DNA of 64,000 nt from Balanoglossus misakiensis (GCA_040954595.2 CM082593.2:11359477-11423476), one strand, 5' to 3'; numbered from the stretch's first letter, positions 39,601-51,800 are shown. Notes: generated by a model from the sequence alone, not told the origin. Numbers and translations: made by a program.

Positions 39601-42213
39601 GGCCACTAGCTCTGCATGGCCTGGTTAATCAATGTTGACGCAAAGGTTGACCCCACCAAACACTCGAAATTGATGGGCACGACACTGGCCACTAGCTCTG
39701 GCCTGGCTAATCAATGTTGACGCAAGGGTTGACCCAACCAAACACTCAAAATTGATGGGCACGACACTGGCCACTAGCTCTGGCCTGGCTAATCAATGTT
39801 GACGCAAGGGTTGACCCCACCAAACACTTAAAATTGATGGGCACGACACTGGCCACTAGCTCTGGCCTGGCTACTCAAGGTTGACGCAAGGGTTGACCCC
39901 ACCAAACACTCAAAATTAATACACGCGACACTGGCCACTAAGCTCTGGCCTGGCTAATCAATGTTGACGCAAGGGTTGACACCACCAAACACTCATAATT
40001 GATGGGCACGACACTGGCCACTAGCTCTGGCTGGCTAATCAAGGTTGACGCAAGGGTTGACCCCACCAAACACTCAAAATTGATGGGAACGACACTGGCC
40101 ACTAACCTCTGGCCTGGCTAATCAATGTTGACGCAAAGGTTGACCCCACCAAACACTCAAAATTGATGGGCACGACACTGGCCACTAGCTCTGGCCTGGC
40201 TAATCAATGTTGACGCAAGGGTTGACCCCACCAAACACTCAAAATTGATGGGCACGACACTGGCCACTAGCTCTGGCCTGGCTAATCAATGTTGACGCAA
40301 GGGTTGACCCCACCAAACACTCAAAATTGATGGGCACGACACTGGCCACTAGCTCTGGCCTGGCTAATCAATGTTGACGCAAGGGTTGACCCCACCAAAC
40401 ACTCAAAATTGATGGGCACGACACTGGCCACTAGCTCTGGCCTGGCTAATCAATGTTGACGCAAGGGTTGACCCCACCAAACACTCAAAATTGATGGGCA
40501 CGACACTGGCCACTAGCTCTGGGCTGGCTAATCAATGTTGACGCAAAGGTTGACCCCACCAAACACTCAAAATTAATGGGCACGACACTGGCCACTAGCT
40601 CTGGGCTGGCTAATCAATGTTGACGCAAAGGTTGACCCCACCAAACACTCAAAATTAATGGGCACGACACTGGCCACTAGCTCTGCATGGCCTGGCTAAT
40701 CAATGTTGACGCAAATGTTGACCCCACCAAACACTCAAAATTGATGGGCACGACACTGGCCACTAGCTCTGCATGGCCTGGCTAATCAATGTTGACGCAA
40801 ATGTTGACCCCACCAAACACTCAAAATTGATGGGCACGACACTGGCCACTAGCTCTGCATGGCCTGGTTAATCAATGTTGACGCAAAGGTTGACCCCACC
40901 AAACACTCAAAATTGATGGGCACGACACTGGCCACTAGCTCTGCATGGCCTGGTTAATCAATGTTGACGCAAAGGTTGACTCCACCAAACACTCAAAATT
41001 GATGGGCACGACACTGGCCACTAGCTCTGCATGGCCTGGTTAATCAATGTTGACGCAGAGGTTGACGCCACCAAACACTCAAAATTAATGGGCACGACAC
41101 TGGCCACTAGCTCTGCATGGCCTGGTTAATCAATGTTGACGCAAAGGTCGACGCCACCAAACACTCAAAATTAATGGGCACGACACTGGCCACTAGCTCT
41201 GCATGGCCTGGTTAATCAATGTTGACGCAAAGGTTGACCCCACCAAACACTCAAAATTAATGGGCACGACACTGGCCACTAGCTCTGCATGGCCTGGTTA
41301 ATCAATGTTGACGCAAAGGTTGACCCCACCAAACACTCAAAATTAATGGGCACGACACTGGCCACTAGCTCTGCATGGCCTGGTTAATCAATGTTGACGC
41401 AAAGGTTGACCCCACCAAACACTCAAAATTGATGGGCACGACACTGGCCACTAGCTCTGGCCTGGCTAATCAATGTTGACGCAAGGGTTGACCCAACCAA
41501 ACACTCAAAATTGATGGGCACGACACTGGCCACTAGCTCTGGCCTGGCTAATCAATGTTGACGCAAGGGTTGACCCCACCAAACACTTAAAATTGATGGG
41601 CACGACACTGGCCACTAGCTCTGGGCTGGCTAATCAATGTTGACGCAAAGGTAGACCCCACCAAACACTCAAAATTAATGGGCACGACACTGGCCACTAG
41701 CTCTGGGCTGGCTAATCAATGTTGACGCAAAGGTTGACCCCACCAAACACTCAAAATTAATGGGCACGACACTGGCCACTAGCTCTGGGCTGGCTAATCA
41801 ATGTTGACGCAAAGGTTGACCCCACCAAACACTCAAAATTAATGGGCATGACACAGGCCACTAGCTCTGCCTGGCCTGGCTAATCAATGTTGACGCAAAG
41901 GTTGACCCCACCAAACACTCAAAATTGATGGGCACGACACTGGCCACTAGCTCTGCATGGCCTGGCTAATCAAGGTTGACGCAAAGGTTGACCCCACCAA
42001 ACACTCAAAATTGATGGGCACGACACTGGCCACTTGCTCTGCATGGCCTGGCAAATCAATGTTGACGCAAATGTTGACCCCACCAAACACTCAAAATTGA
42101 TGGGCACGACACTGGCCACTAGCTCTGCATGGCCTGGCTAATCAATGTTGACGCATATGTTGACCCCACCAAACACTCAAAATTGATGGGCACGACACTG
42201 GCCACAAGCTCTG
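30622..42213. repeat. 86-bp satellite array, about 135 copies, with 81-bp variants and higher-order duplications
   Basis: Unit TAGCTCTGCATGGCCTGGTTAATCAATGTTGACGCAAAGGTTGACCCCACCAAACACTCAAAATTGATGGGCACGACACTGGCCAC repeated head to tail with no spacers. Confidence 0.98.
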
Positions 42214-42250
42214 CACTACAGCCCAGTGTGCGCCCTCTTTGTCAGATATT
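42214..42250 (+). repeat. Left bipartite terminal inverted repeat
   Basis: CACTACAGCCCAG-N11-TTTGTCAGATATT. Confidence 0.8.
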
Positions 42251-43247
42251 TCCGTCCCTACTTTCATGGCCTCATGAATAATGTATGAGGCGATTTGTTA
42301 CCGGCAATGGAACGTTCGCAGTTACAACAACATGAAAATGCCGGTAAGTATTACAAGACATTAAACGCATTTATAATGTTTACATCACGTTATCATATTC
42401 TTTAAGGTCTTAAGCTAGTATTGTTATCATTCTCTGATTTCTATTCATTTAATTTCACTGAAAATCTGACCTGGTTTCAAATCGCTATCATTGGTAACTA
42501 TGTAAACAAAGAACATAGCAACCACAACCAAGACAGAAAAACGGCCGAAAAAATCAAATCTTAATGCATTATTCAAAATTTCAAAACCATGAGAGTGTTC
42601 CTAAGACGTTTGTAACTCAGTGTTTTGATTTTCTATCCCCAAAAAGGTCATATGTAGAAATTGATCCAAGCAGAAATTCATCGAGTTTGGCGCGTTCTGC
42701 CTGCGCGTCGCTCTACCATTGATTACAATGGCACAGCTACGCAAATGTCGACTGTCAGGCAAAACATATCGGCAGATTTCTCGAGTTTGAAGCGTGAACC
42801 TATAAAACCAAAACGAGCAGATTGTTCCTTGATATCTATATAACATGTTGATATATCATTTTCGTTCTAAAATGTAAGAGTAAAAATTTTGAACGAGAGA
42901 GTTCTTGCGACAGCGCTTTGAACGCCGCGCGCGTACAGCGTTTAGGCAAAGCAGACGCACACAGAAGGAACTGCGTCCACGCGCAATATACGTAGATTGC
43001 AGCTGATTATACTCAATCAATGTTCCGGTACTTGCAACAGTATGCCAGTACTTCGCAAAATACACAGTCTTTTATATCATCAGGTCTTCTGTAGCGTCAT
43101 TAAATACTGTCTGTTTGGAACTGTTTGACTGAAACAGCTTTCTAGATGACCTTTTATGTTTTCTACAACTTTTCACATTTATTCACATTTAGGAAATGCT
43201 CCATTGTGTAACTCCATCCCAGCTGTGCTCTGGATATAACTCAAATC

Positions 43248-46200
43248 ATGCCTAACAGGAAAAGGACAAACCATTTTGACATCGGGCAGTATGCAGTCCA
43301 ACAAAAAAAAGCCAGAGAAATAGCTAGAGACATACAACTTCAACAGCTGTTAGATGCTGAGTTAGCTGCAAAGACACTGCCAGAAAAGGTTAAGAGCAAG
43401 TCAGAGAATAGATACAAGCTAGGGGCATGGGCAAGAGAGAGAAAGCGTAGACGTGAGGAAGAGGTAGCTCAGTACAGAGAGAAAATGCAGAAATTAGATG
43501 CAAAGAGGAGACTAGTCGACAGGGCCAGTAAGCAACTAAACAGGCTAGCAAAGAAGCAAAGGAGATTAGCTGGAAATAGGGTTAAGCTTAATCAGGAGGT
43601 AAGGTAATTATATAGAAGGAATTTAGCTTCATTTCAGATTTTCACAAGATTTATGATTACAAGCAGAATAGGAAAATATCCACCAAATTAAAGTTTGTAT
43701 ACTTTAAATTATATTACAACTAAGTGAATCATAAAACATTTTGACCTTGCTTTAATGTATATGATATGATTTTATGTGTGTTTGTTTTCTAAATTCTGAA
43801 CTACAGCTTTGAAACACCTCCCTGCTTGACCTTGGCATAACACTGGGGTTTCCATTTATGCATATTGCTTGCTCATGTGACATTGCCTCTCTGTTTGACC
43901 TTGGCATGACACTGGGATTTCCATTCATGTGTATTGCTTGATCATGTGATATTCTCTCTCTGTTTGACCTTGGCATGACACTGGGGTTTCCATTCATGTG
44001 TATTGCTTGCTCATGTGACATGGCCTCCATGTTTGACCTTGGCATGACACGTGGGTTTCCATTTATGTGTATTGCTTGCTCATGTGACATGGCCTCCATG
44101 TTTGACCTTGGCATGACACTGGGGTTTCCATTTATGTGTATTGCTTGCTCATGTGACATGGCCTCCATGTTTGACCTTGGCATGACACTGGGATTTCCAT
44201 TCATGTGTATTGCTTGATCATGTGATATTCTCTCTCTGTTTGACCTTGGCATGACACTGGGGTTTCCATTCATGTGTATTGCTTGCTCATGTGACATGGC
44301 CTCCATGTTTGACCTTGGCATGACACTGGGGTTTCCATTCATGTGTATTGCTTGCTCATGTGACATTGCCTACCTGTTTGACCTTGGCATGACAATGAAA
44401 ATCTGTTTTGTATTCATTTATTAAAGATTGCAGATTTGACATCCCCAAAGAAACAGAAGTGGGTTCATAAAAGCAGCCAGGTTTGTGCTAATAACAGTGA
44501 ATGCCTCACACTGTCCAGAAGTCAGCAACATGAACGCAGAAGTCAGACTCTTCATGCAGCTACAGTCATACACCAGTCATCATCAGGAACAGATATATCT
44601 GCAGGGAGACATGTCAGTGCAAATCCACCAAAATCAGCTCTTGATGGGCTATGGTATACTTTGATCAACAGTGCCACTCCACGTCAAATGGAAAAGTACC
44701 TTCAATCATCAATGAAAATAAATGAATTGGTCATACCAACTTTGATAAAGAAATCAATATCTGAATTTGAGAAAAGTGAAGGTAATTTGACTAGGAGTGT
44801 GCAAGTGTTGTATCAGAATGGGGTTTTGTCAAAACGCAAATACAATGCCTTACGTAATAGTGAGTTGAATCTGTCTAAATTAAAACAACCTAGAAAAGTG
44901 TTGCAATTTCACTTTAGGTGTAACATACCAAGGTTACTTTCCTACAACAAGGTCACTGAATATACACGTGGTTTAGATATAGGAAGTCTTGAACCAATTG
45001 TAACAGATGCAAACAAAGTAGTGGGTATGAAGCGAAATACAGAGCAGATGCTCTTTAAAGTTGCTGACATGTATCTTTGCTTGAGTGAGCACCACCCTAA
45101 CATCCTAAATTGGTTTGGCAAACCGAAGGGCACTTTCCAACTTGCTGTTGGTGCTGATGGGGCTCCTTTTGGAAAATATGGTCAGGCAACTTCCTGGCTT
45201 GTCAGTTTCATCAATGTGGGCCACAGATTAGCAAGCCCTGATGATAATTTCTTGTTGCTAGGGGCTAATCTGAAGGAAGATGACCCAGTCCTGATAGATT
45301 ATGCTAAAAACCTAGCCAAAGAGTTTGAGATCATAGAGGCCAAACAATACACTTTACATGGCCTGAGTGTAAAGTTTAATGTATCTTTGCTGCCATTTGA
45401 TCAAAAGGGATTAGCCTCAGTTTCTGGTGAGTTATCTAATGCTGCTGAGTATTTCAGTTCCTTTGCTAATGTAACAAAAGGTAGCATAGATGAAATAGGG
45501 GCAGATATAGGGCCAGGGAAATTTTGGTCAGAGTGGAGCTATAAGAAAAGAGTAACAGATGCTAATGCAGTGGCAAAATTCAAAGCAAATTTGACAAAGA
45601 AAACAGGTAAGCCTGAAACATCGACAGATCGCTCTAAGGTCACACGTTTCATTGCCTCCAGAAAATCCCGACAGGAATATATTCCACCCCTGGGTAAGTA
45701 TATACAGTGTGCCAAGATAGAACCCCTACATCTAAAAAACAATGCCTGGCAGTATTTCTTTCAAAGGCTTCTTACTGATGCTGTGGCTAAGACTGACCAA
45801 AAAGTCATTGACCATGGTGTGAAATTAGAAAAGCTACCACCAAATTCATGCCTGTACAAATTCCTGCATACACTAAAATATACAGTGAGAGCAGGGAAAC
45901 TATACAATCAAATTGTCAAATATTTTGCTGAGAATAAGGTTAGTACCCATGCCCAATCAGTGAGAGTTCACCGCTTTACAGGGGAAGAATCAAGGAAGTT
46001 GGCATGGTCTTTTATGTCACTGATAGAGTGTTTTAGGGAACCCGGTATCAGTGCACAGGTGAGAGCGAAATTGTCCCTGTATGGTTACATTGGTGTCCTA
46101 CTCAGAGATATAACATCTCTCTGTTCCAGGTTTACCCTACATGAGAGAGATATTGTAGTACTAAGGCAGAAGTGCAAATGGTACTTCAATTTGCATGCGT

Positions 46201-46655
46201 TATTTCTGACCGTAAACAATACTATTTGGCATATAGGATATGTTGTTCCGTGTCATGCATCTCAAATCCACCAGCAGTTCCAAATGGGGCTTGGGCTTAA
46301 TACAATGGAGGGCAGGGAGGCAAAACATCAGCGCCTTCTGGAATACAGCAATAATTCCACCCCTCAAAATAGATGGCCACTAATTTTCAGACATGAGTAT
46401 GTATTGTTGTACTGGTTACGCATGCGAGACCCCGCTTCAGATAACTACAGGGGGGATGGGAGGTCAAATGCCTCCAAAGTAATAAAGTACATCCCAGACA
46501 AATGCTTTGATGACCCATCATACTGTTATTGTGGGAATGTAAAGGAAGAGTTGTCAAATTCCTGTGAAATATGCAGCAGTGAATTTATGTCAGAAATAAA
46601 ACAGTCTGCAATTAGTGGTAAGATCTCAAAAAAACTAAAAAAAATAATGAAATAA
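43248..46655 (+). CDS. RAG1/Transib-like DDE transposase; predicted exons 43248-43598 and 44427-46655 (859 aa)
   Basis: Motifs in RAG1-core order: GADGAPF (cf. SCDGMG, D600), PFDQKGLASVSGE (cf. GYDEKLVREVEG, D708), IEPLHLKNN (cf. IDALHCDIGN), FTGEESRKL (cf. MNGNFARKL), GLGLNTMEGREAKH (cf. SIGAWASEGNESGN, E962). Phase-0 donor GAG|GTAAGG at 43599 and acceptor TAAAG|ATT at 44426 join the frames without a stop. Confidence 0.8.
43826..44393. repeat. 69-bp minisatellite, about 8 copies, inside the predicted transposase intron
   Basis: TTTGACCTTGGCATGACACTGGGGTTTCCATTCATGTGTATTGCTTGCTCATGTGACATGGCCTCCATG repeated. Confidence 0.92.
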
Positions 46656-46946
46656 AATGTGAAAGTTTGAATTTCATGATTCAAAACAATTATTACTGTA
46701 CATGAAATGTACCAGATAGTTTTAGATTTGTATATAACTGTAAGAGAGTTTGTTGTAAATAATCTTTCATTATGAATGTCACAGATTTTGTGCTGCTTGT
46801 ATTGTATTGTTCAAAATATGTATATAGCTTTTTAATCATCCTTTGAAACTAGCTGCTTATGTCAGCTCTGTAGATAACCATGTTTCAAAATAAGTGAATA
46901 AAAACTGAATGATCAATGATTCACCCACAGCGTTCTGTCTGTCGAC

Positions 46947-48251
46947 ATGGTGAGAAGCAAGCGGCAGCCAGCACCCAGGTCCAAGGGACCACAGAGTCAG
47001 AAGTCAACAAGTAACAAAACTGCGGCAGCGACCCAAGAACTAACAACGGATAAAGATCTGCCGGAAACTTCGGAGAAAAAATTAAAGAACGAAGATCTGA
47101 AGGTATATTTCAAAATCTTCAATGAAAAACTACAGGGTTTGAAAGAAATGGACATCATTCACGCCAGTAAGCAGGTGGTTGGTAAAAACGGCATCATCGG
47201 CGTGCAATACATTCCAAGAACAAGACAATGGTTAATTTATGCAAATGACGAGAGGTGTAAAGATAAACTCTTATTGTGCGGCATCGACATTGGAGGAATC
47301 CACATTGTATTGAACCTGTACAGTCCCCCACAGGGTGATAAAACGAGAATTTCAATACACGATGTGCCATTTCACGTGACGAATGCGACGGTTGATGCAT
47401 TTCTCAGTCAGTATTGTGAACAGAAGGAAGCTGTTGTCCGGTGCACGGTCACAGATCCACTGGACGGAGCAAAATACTACAACGGCAATCGGTTCTGTTA
47501 CGTGACATCAGTCAAGAAACCAATCCCAAACTTTGTACAGATGGAGACGGAGACTCAGGACGGTGTGAAAATTTCTTATCCCATTAGAATTTTCTATACC
47601 GGTCAACCAACCGAATGTCGACACTGCAAGGGTGAAGACCACCAAACACGGCACTGCCCGAATCGTCCACCAATGAAATGTTACAACTGCCAACAAAGCG
47701 GCCACAGCGGACGTCTCTGTCCAAAAGGCAAGCAATGCTACAATTGTAAAGGCTTTGGTCACATTGCGGCGAAGTGCCCGAAAACCGTTGAAAACGAAAA
47801 AGCGGTCGACAAGTTTGTGGAAAGTTACTCTAAGCGTGTCAGAGAAGCAGAAAAAATTATCGACATGGCTATTGAAGACATTACGCAGTCAACAACGAAT
47901 CTTGTGACGACAACTGCGGTAGTTCACGCCAATCCAGAGAAAGTGACGACGGAAAAGAAAGATGGCGACGAGCGGGAAAAGAAACCGGTGAAGTCACCAA
48001 CTTCGGAAGACGTTTTCCGGTCGCCGGACAGCTATAGACAGAAAAAGATTGGTATTACGCGGTTCTTCTCAAGACTAGGTTCAAAAAAAGACAAACGTTC
48101 TCCGCCAACTCCGATTGAAAACCTCCAAAAGAAGAGAAGAGAATTTGCCAGCTCCCATTCGACAATCAGCAACATTTCAAGTAATTCGGACTCGCGAGAG
48201 AATCCACAGAGAAGCGATGCGGTTGTAAAGGGAAGACCGAGATCGGCTTAA
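46947..48251 (+). CDS. Tx1 ORF1, gag-like nucleic-acid-binding protein with three CCHC zinc knuckles
   Basis: CRHCKGEDHQTRHC, CYNCQQSGHSGRLC, CYNCKGFGHIAAKC; also NGNRF and IFYTGQP motifs typical of Tx1 ORF1. Confidence 0.9.
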   Translation: MVRSKRQPAPRSKGPQSQKSTSNKTAAATQELTTDKDLPETSEKKLKNEDLKVYFKIFNEKLQGLKEMDIIHASKQVVGKNGIIGVQYIPRTRQWLIYANDERCKDKLLLCGIDIGGIHIVLNLYSPPQGDKTRISIHDVPFHVTNATVDAFLSQYCEQKEAVVRCTVTDPLDGAKYYNGNRFCYVTSVKKPIPNFVQMETETQDGVKISYPIRIFYTGQPTECRHCKGEDHQTRHCPNRPPMKCYNCQQSGHSGRLCPKGKQCYNCKGFGHIAAKCPKTVENEKAVDKFVESYSKRVREAEKIIDMAIEDITQSTTNLVTTTAVVHANPEKVTTEKKDGDEREKKPVKSPTSEDVFRSPDSYRQKKIGITRFFSRLGSKKDKRSPPTPIENLQKKRREFASSHSTISNISSNSDSRENPQRSDAVVKGRPRSA

Positions 48252-48311
48252 ATCGAGTAACTGTGTTTATTTATATATATATATACTTGCTTTTTGTGTG
48301 TGTTTTCATTT

Positions 48312-51300
48312 ATGGCTTGTAAAATAGTTACACTGAACATTAGAGGTATACGAGAAAGAACAAAACGCAACCTTATTTTCAATTGGTGCCGTAGTAAAGG
48401 TTTCCATATTATTTGCTTGCAAGAGACCTATAGTAAAAAGAGTGATGAGAAAATATGGAATAGAGAATGGGGAGGTAACATTTTATATAACCACGGCACA
48501 ATACACAGCTGTGGAGTTGCAATACTTTTTTCAAATAACATCCCTGTTTCGACTAGTGAGGTTCATAAAGACAGCATTGGGAGATTTATCAGTGTAAAAT
48601 TAGATTTAGAGGGATCTTCCCTCCGTCTTTTCAATATTTATGCTCCGAACAGTACTTCTGCCAAATTTTCTTTTTTTGCTAGCCTTTGTAATTTTGTTAA
48701 TCAAGTGATGTTAGATGGCGACCACATTGTAATTTGTGGCGATTTCAATACGATTTTGGATCCAAAGTTAGACAAATTTTCTAGTTGTGACAACGACAAT
48801 GACTGCGTTGATGCCAAGGCAAGGCGTTCTTTAAAAAATATTTTGCAATTGTATGATTTGTGCGACATTTGGCGTAAGTTTCATCCTTATGTTAAGCAAT
48901 ATACCTGGCGGCGGAGAAGGCCTATAACACAAAGCCGTCTAGATTTTTTTCTTGTGTCTAATGGTATTAACAAAAGTACTACTCTGTGTGAAATCATTCC
49001 TGCAAGTTATAGTGATCACATGGCTGTTGTGCTTTCCTTTGTTTATTGTAAGCATGAGAAAGGTCCAGGTTACTGGAAATTCAACAACAGTCTGTTAGAT
49101 GATAATGTTTATTTGAATAAGCTGGTTATTTATATTGAGAATTGTGCAAAAAAGTATAACCATGTGGCTTGTAAACAAACGAAATGGGATTTATACAAGA
49201 AAGCGTTAAAGCAGTTTACGGTTACTTACAGCATTCAGAAAAACTGTCAGCAACGGAGTAAGAAACAAGATCTTGAAGATCTGTTAAAGCAGAGCGAGAA
49301 ATTGTTGTGTAATTTCCCATCAGATGAAAATTATGGGGCATTTCAGAAAACTTACTCTGACCTCAATAGTATTTTAAGTAAAGAGGCAGAGGGTTGTCAA
49401 ATCAGAGCAAGAGCCCGATGGGTGGAAAAGGGGGAAAAAAGCACAAAGTATTTCCTTGGCCTAGAAAAAAGGAACGCCACAAAGAAAAATGTTGTAAAAC
49501 TCGTGACGAAAGAAGGGAAGGTGGTCACTGACCTCGATGGTATTTTGAAGGAAGAAGTCAATTTCTATGTAGAATTGTACAGTAAAAAGCAGACGTCCCT
49601 CAGCTTGGATGATTTCATCAGCAATGCTGGTTTGCCCAATTTAAGTCAGACAGACAGAAATAGTTGTGAAGGATTGATCTCCGAAGAAGAGTGTTGCCGG
49701 GTGTTACGTAAAATGAAAAAGAACAAGTCCCCCGGTTATGACGGTTTTACCATTGAATTTTACTGTGCCTGCTGGCCATTAGTGGGGAATTTGATTATTG
49801 ATTCTTTTAACAGTGCTTTTCAGAATGGCAGTTTGTCAATCTCTCAACAGAGAGGTGTTATCACATTATTACATAAGAAAAACGAACCCGAGCTTTTAAA
49901 AAACTGGAGACCGGTGTCATTATTATGCACTGATTACAAAATTTTGACCCAGGTTTTATCTGACAGAGTGTCAAAAGTTATTTCTAGCATTGTAAATACT
50001 GATCAGGTGGGTTACATCAGAGGGAGATTTGTTGGTGAAACTGTACGTTTAATTGAAGACATGTATCATTACACCGCCAAGCACAATATTCCTGGTGCTG
50101 TTCTGTATGTTGATTTTGAAAAGGCGTTTGATTGCATTAACTGGGAATTCATGCATCAGGCGCTAGAAAGTTTTGGTTTTGGCCCTGAGCTGAGAAGATG
50201 GGCGAAAGTGATTTATTCTGACGTTCAAAGCTGTATAATCAATAATGGGTGGATGTCGAATTTTTTCTCCTTGAAGAGAGGGGTACGCCAAGGATGCCCC
50301 CTTAGTGCGTTGCTTTTTGTCATTTGTGTGGAAGTTTTGGCATGTAAAATTCGTCAGTGTCCTGATATAGAAGGTATACAATTGCCATGTCAAAATTATA
50401 GTAGGAATGTGGTTAAAATTGCACAGATGGCCGATGATACCACTCTATTTCTGAAAGATGAAAAGTCTATTAGAAAAGTTCTTGGTGTATTACAAGATTT
50501 CGAAAAGTTGTCTGGGTTGAAAGTGAACAAAGAGAAAACAGAGGGTGTTTGGCTTGGTAAAAATAGATCATGTAAGAAACATATTATGGGTTTGAAATGG
50601 ACTGATCAACCAGTTAAGGCGCTTGGAGTCTGGTTTGGATATGATAATTTGAAATGCGAGCGGTTAAATTGGGAACCAAAAGTGGCTAAATTTGAGAAAG
50701 TCTTGAATTCATGGGGCAAGAGAGATTTAACGTTTTACGGAAAAGTGCTGATAGTGAATTCGCTTGCATTATCACAATTATCATATCTAGCATCAATGAT
50801 TGATGTACCAGAGCGCGTTATTAAGCAAATCGACAGGTTAATTTACAATTTTATTTCAAAGGGTCTGGGTAAAATGGCCAGAAATGTATTAGCTGGACCA
50901 TTAAACGAAGGAGGTTGTAACATGCCCGTTTTTAAATGGAAAGTGGTTGCATTCAAGTTTATGTGGATTGTGCGTTTAACAAACTGTAAAAATGCATGTT
51001 GGAAGAACTACCCTCTTTATTTATTTGACCCATGTTCGGATTTTTCAATTCTTAAAGATGTACTTTCAAATAGTAGAATTTCAAGAGAACCTTTTGTCTC
51101 AAGATTACCAGTCTTTTATCAACAGGTCTTAAAAGCTTGGAACATTATCCCACCCTGTAAAGATACAGTCAGCACCATTTTGTGGAATTGCAAATATAAT
51201 GTTTTTATTAATCTTAAGCGAAATGTAAATTATATTGAAATTAAGAATAAGAAAGTGGAATTAATGAAATTGAAGACAAAAGATGTGTACAGATTTTTAG

Positions 51301-51800
51301 TAAACCGCATTGCACAGCCAGCCAGCACATTGAGCTGGCAGCACGAGTTTGGGCAAACTACAGATTTAAAAAATGCTTGGTCATTAGCTTACAGAGTAAC
51401 AAAGGAGAACAAATTAAGAGCGTTTCATTGGAAATTTCTGCATAAGAAATGTATAAATAATGTAAAATTGTACCGTTGGAAAATTAGAGAAAATTCCCAT
51501 TGCGTGTTTTGTAATGTAGATGACACAACTCGACATCGCTATTTTGAGTGTACCATCGCCAAAGAAGTATGGCAAATTGTAGATAATATTGGACAAAGGT
51601 TGTATGGCTTGCACAGGCCTTTGAGTTGGCAAAATATTGTATATGGCTTTGAAAAGAACGATAACTTAGATGAGATGAACCTTTTAATTTTGATTGCAAA
51701 ATGGTCTATACACAAGTTTCACTGTATGGAATTACACAAAGCTCGTTTGTATAATCTTGTACAGCATGAACTGAAAATTCGAATGCATAATTTATTGTAG
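48312..51800 (+). CDS. Tx1 ORF2: APE endonuclease, reverse transcriptase and C-terminal zinc finger (1162 aa from ATG 48312)
   Basis: EN motifs TLNIRG, CLQET, GDFN, SRLDFF, SDH; RT motifs KSPGYDG, NWRPVSLL, DFEKAFD, RQGCPLS, MADD; C-terminal CVFC...H...EC. Confidence 0.95.
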   Translation: MACKIVTLNIRGIRERTKRNLIFNWCRSKGFHIICLQETYSKKSDEKIWNREWGGNILYNHGTIHSCGVAILFSNNIPVSTSEVHKDSIGRFISVKLDLEGSSLRLFNIYAPNSTSAKFSFFASLCNFVNQVMLDGDHIVICGDFNTILDPKLDKFSSCDNDNDCVDAKARRSLKNILQLYDLCDIWRKFHPYVKQYTWRRRRPITQSRLDFFLVSNGINKSTTLCEIIPASYSDHMAVVLSFVYCKHEKGPGYWKFNNSLLDDNVYLNKLVIYIENCAKKYNHVACKQTKWDLYKKALKQFTVTYSIQKNCQQRSKKQDLEDLLKQSEKLLCNFPSDENYGAFQKTYSDLNSILSKEAEGCQIRARARWVEKGEKSTKYFLGLEKRNATKKNVVKLVTKEGKVVTDLDGILKEEVNFYVELYSKKQTSLSLDDFISNAGLPNLSQTDRNSCEGLISEEECCRVLRKMKKNKSPGYDGFTIEFYCACWPLVGNLIIDSFNSAFQNGSLSISQQRGVITLLHKKNEPELLKNWRPVSLLCTDYKILTQVLSDRVSKVISSIVNTDQVGYIRGRFVGETVRLIEDMYHYTAKHNIPGAVLYVDFEKAFDCINWEFMHQALESFGFGPELRRWAKVIYSDVQSCIINNGWMSNFFSLKRGVRQGCPLSALLFVICVEVLACKIRQCPDIEGIQLPCQNYSRNVVKIAQMADDTTLFLKDEKSIRKVLGVLQDFEKLSGLKVNKEKTEGVWLGKNRSCKKHIMGLKWTDQPVKALGVWFGYDNLKCERLNWEPKVAKFEKVLNSWGKRDLTFYGKVLIVNSLALSQLSYLASMIDVPERVIKQIDRLIYNFISKGLGKMARNVLAGPLNEGGCNMPVFKWKVVAFKFMWIVRLTNCKNACWKNYPLYLFDPCSDFSILKDVLSNSRISREPFVSRLPVFYQQVLKAWNIIPPCKDTVSTILWNCKYNVFINLKRNVNYIEIKNKKVELMKLKTKDVYRFLVNRIAQPASTLSWQHEFGQTTDLKNAWSLAYRVTKENKLRAFHWKFLHKKCINNVKLYRWKIRENSHCVFCNVDDTTRHRYFECTIAKEVWQIVDNIGQRLYGLHRPLSWQNIVYGFEKNDNLDEMNLLILIAKWSIHKFHCMELHKARLYNLVQHELKIRMHNLL

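Noticed and set aside
30622-42213. CRISPR-like regular array
   Set aside because: Units are contiguous with no unique spacers, there are no cas genes, and the context is eukaryotic; it is a satellite.
43752-44366. 204-aa minus-strand repeat protein (and 80-aa plus-strand ORF)
   Set aside because: A 69-bp unit divisible by three gives open frames by default; it lies within the predicted transposase intron.
44436-46655. Calling the ORF RAG1 itself
   Set aside because: Only motif-level similarity; no RING, no CxxC, no 5-bp TSD, so no gene symbol assigned.
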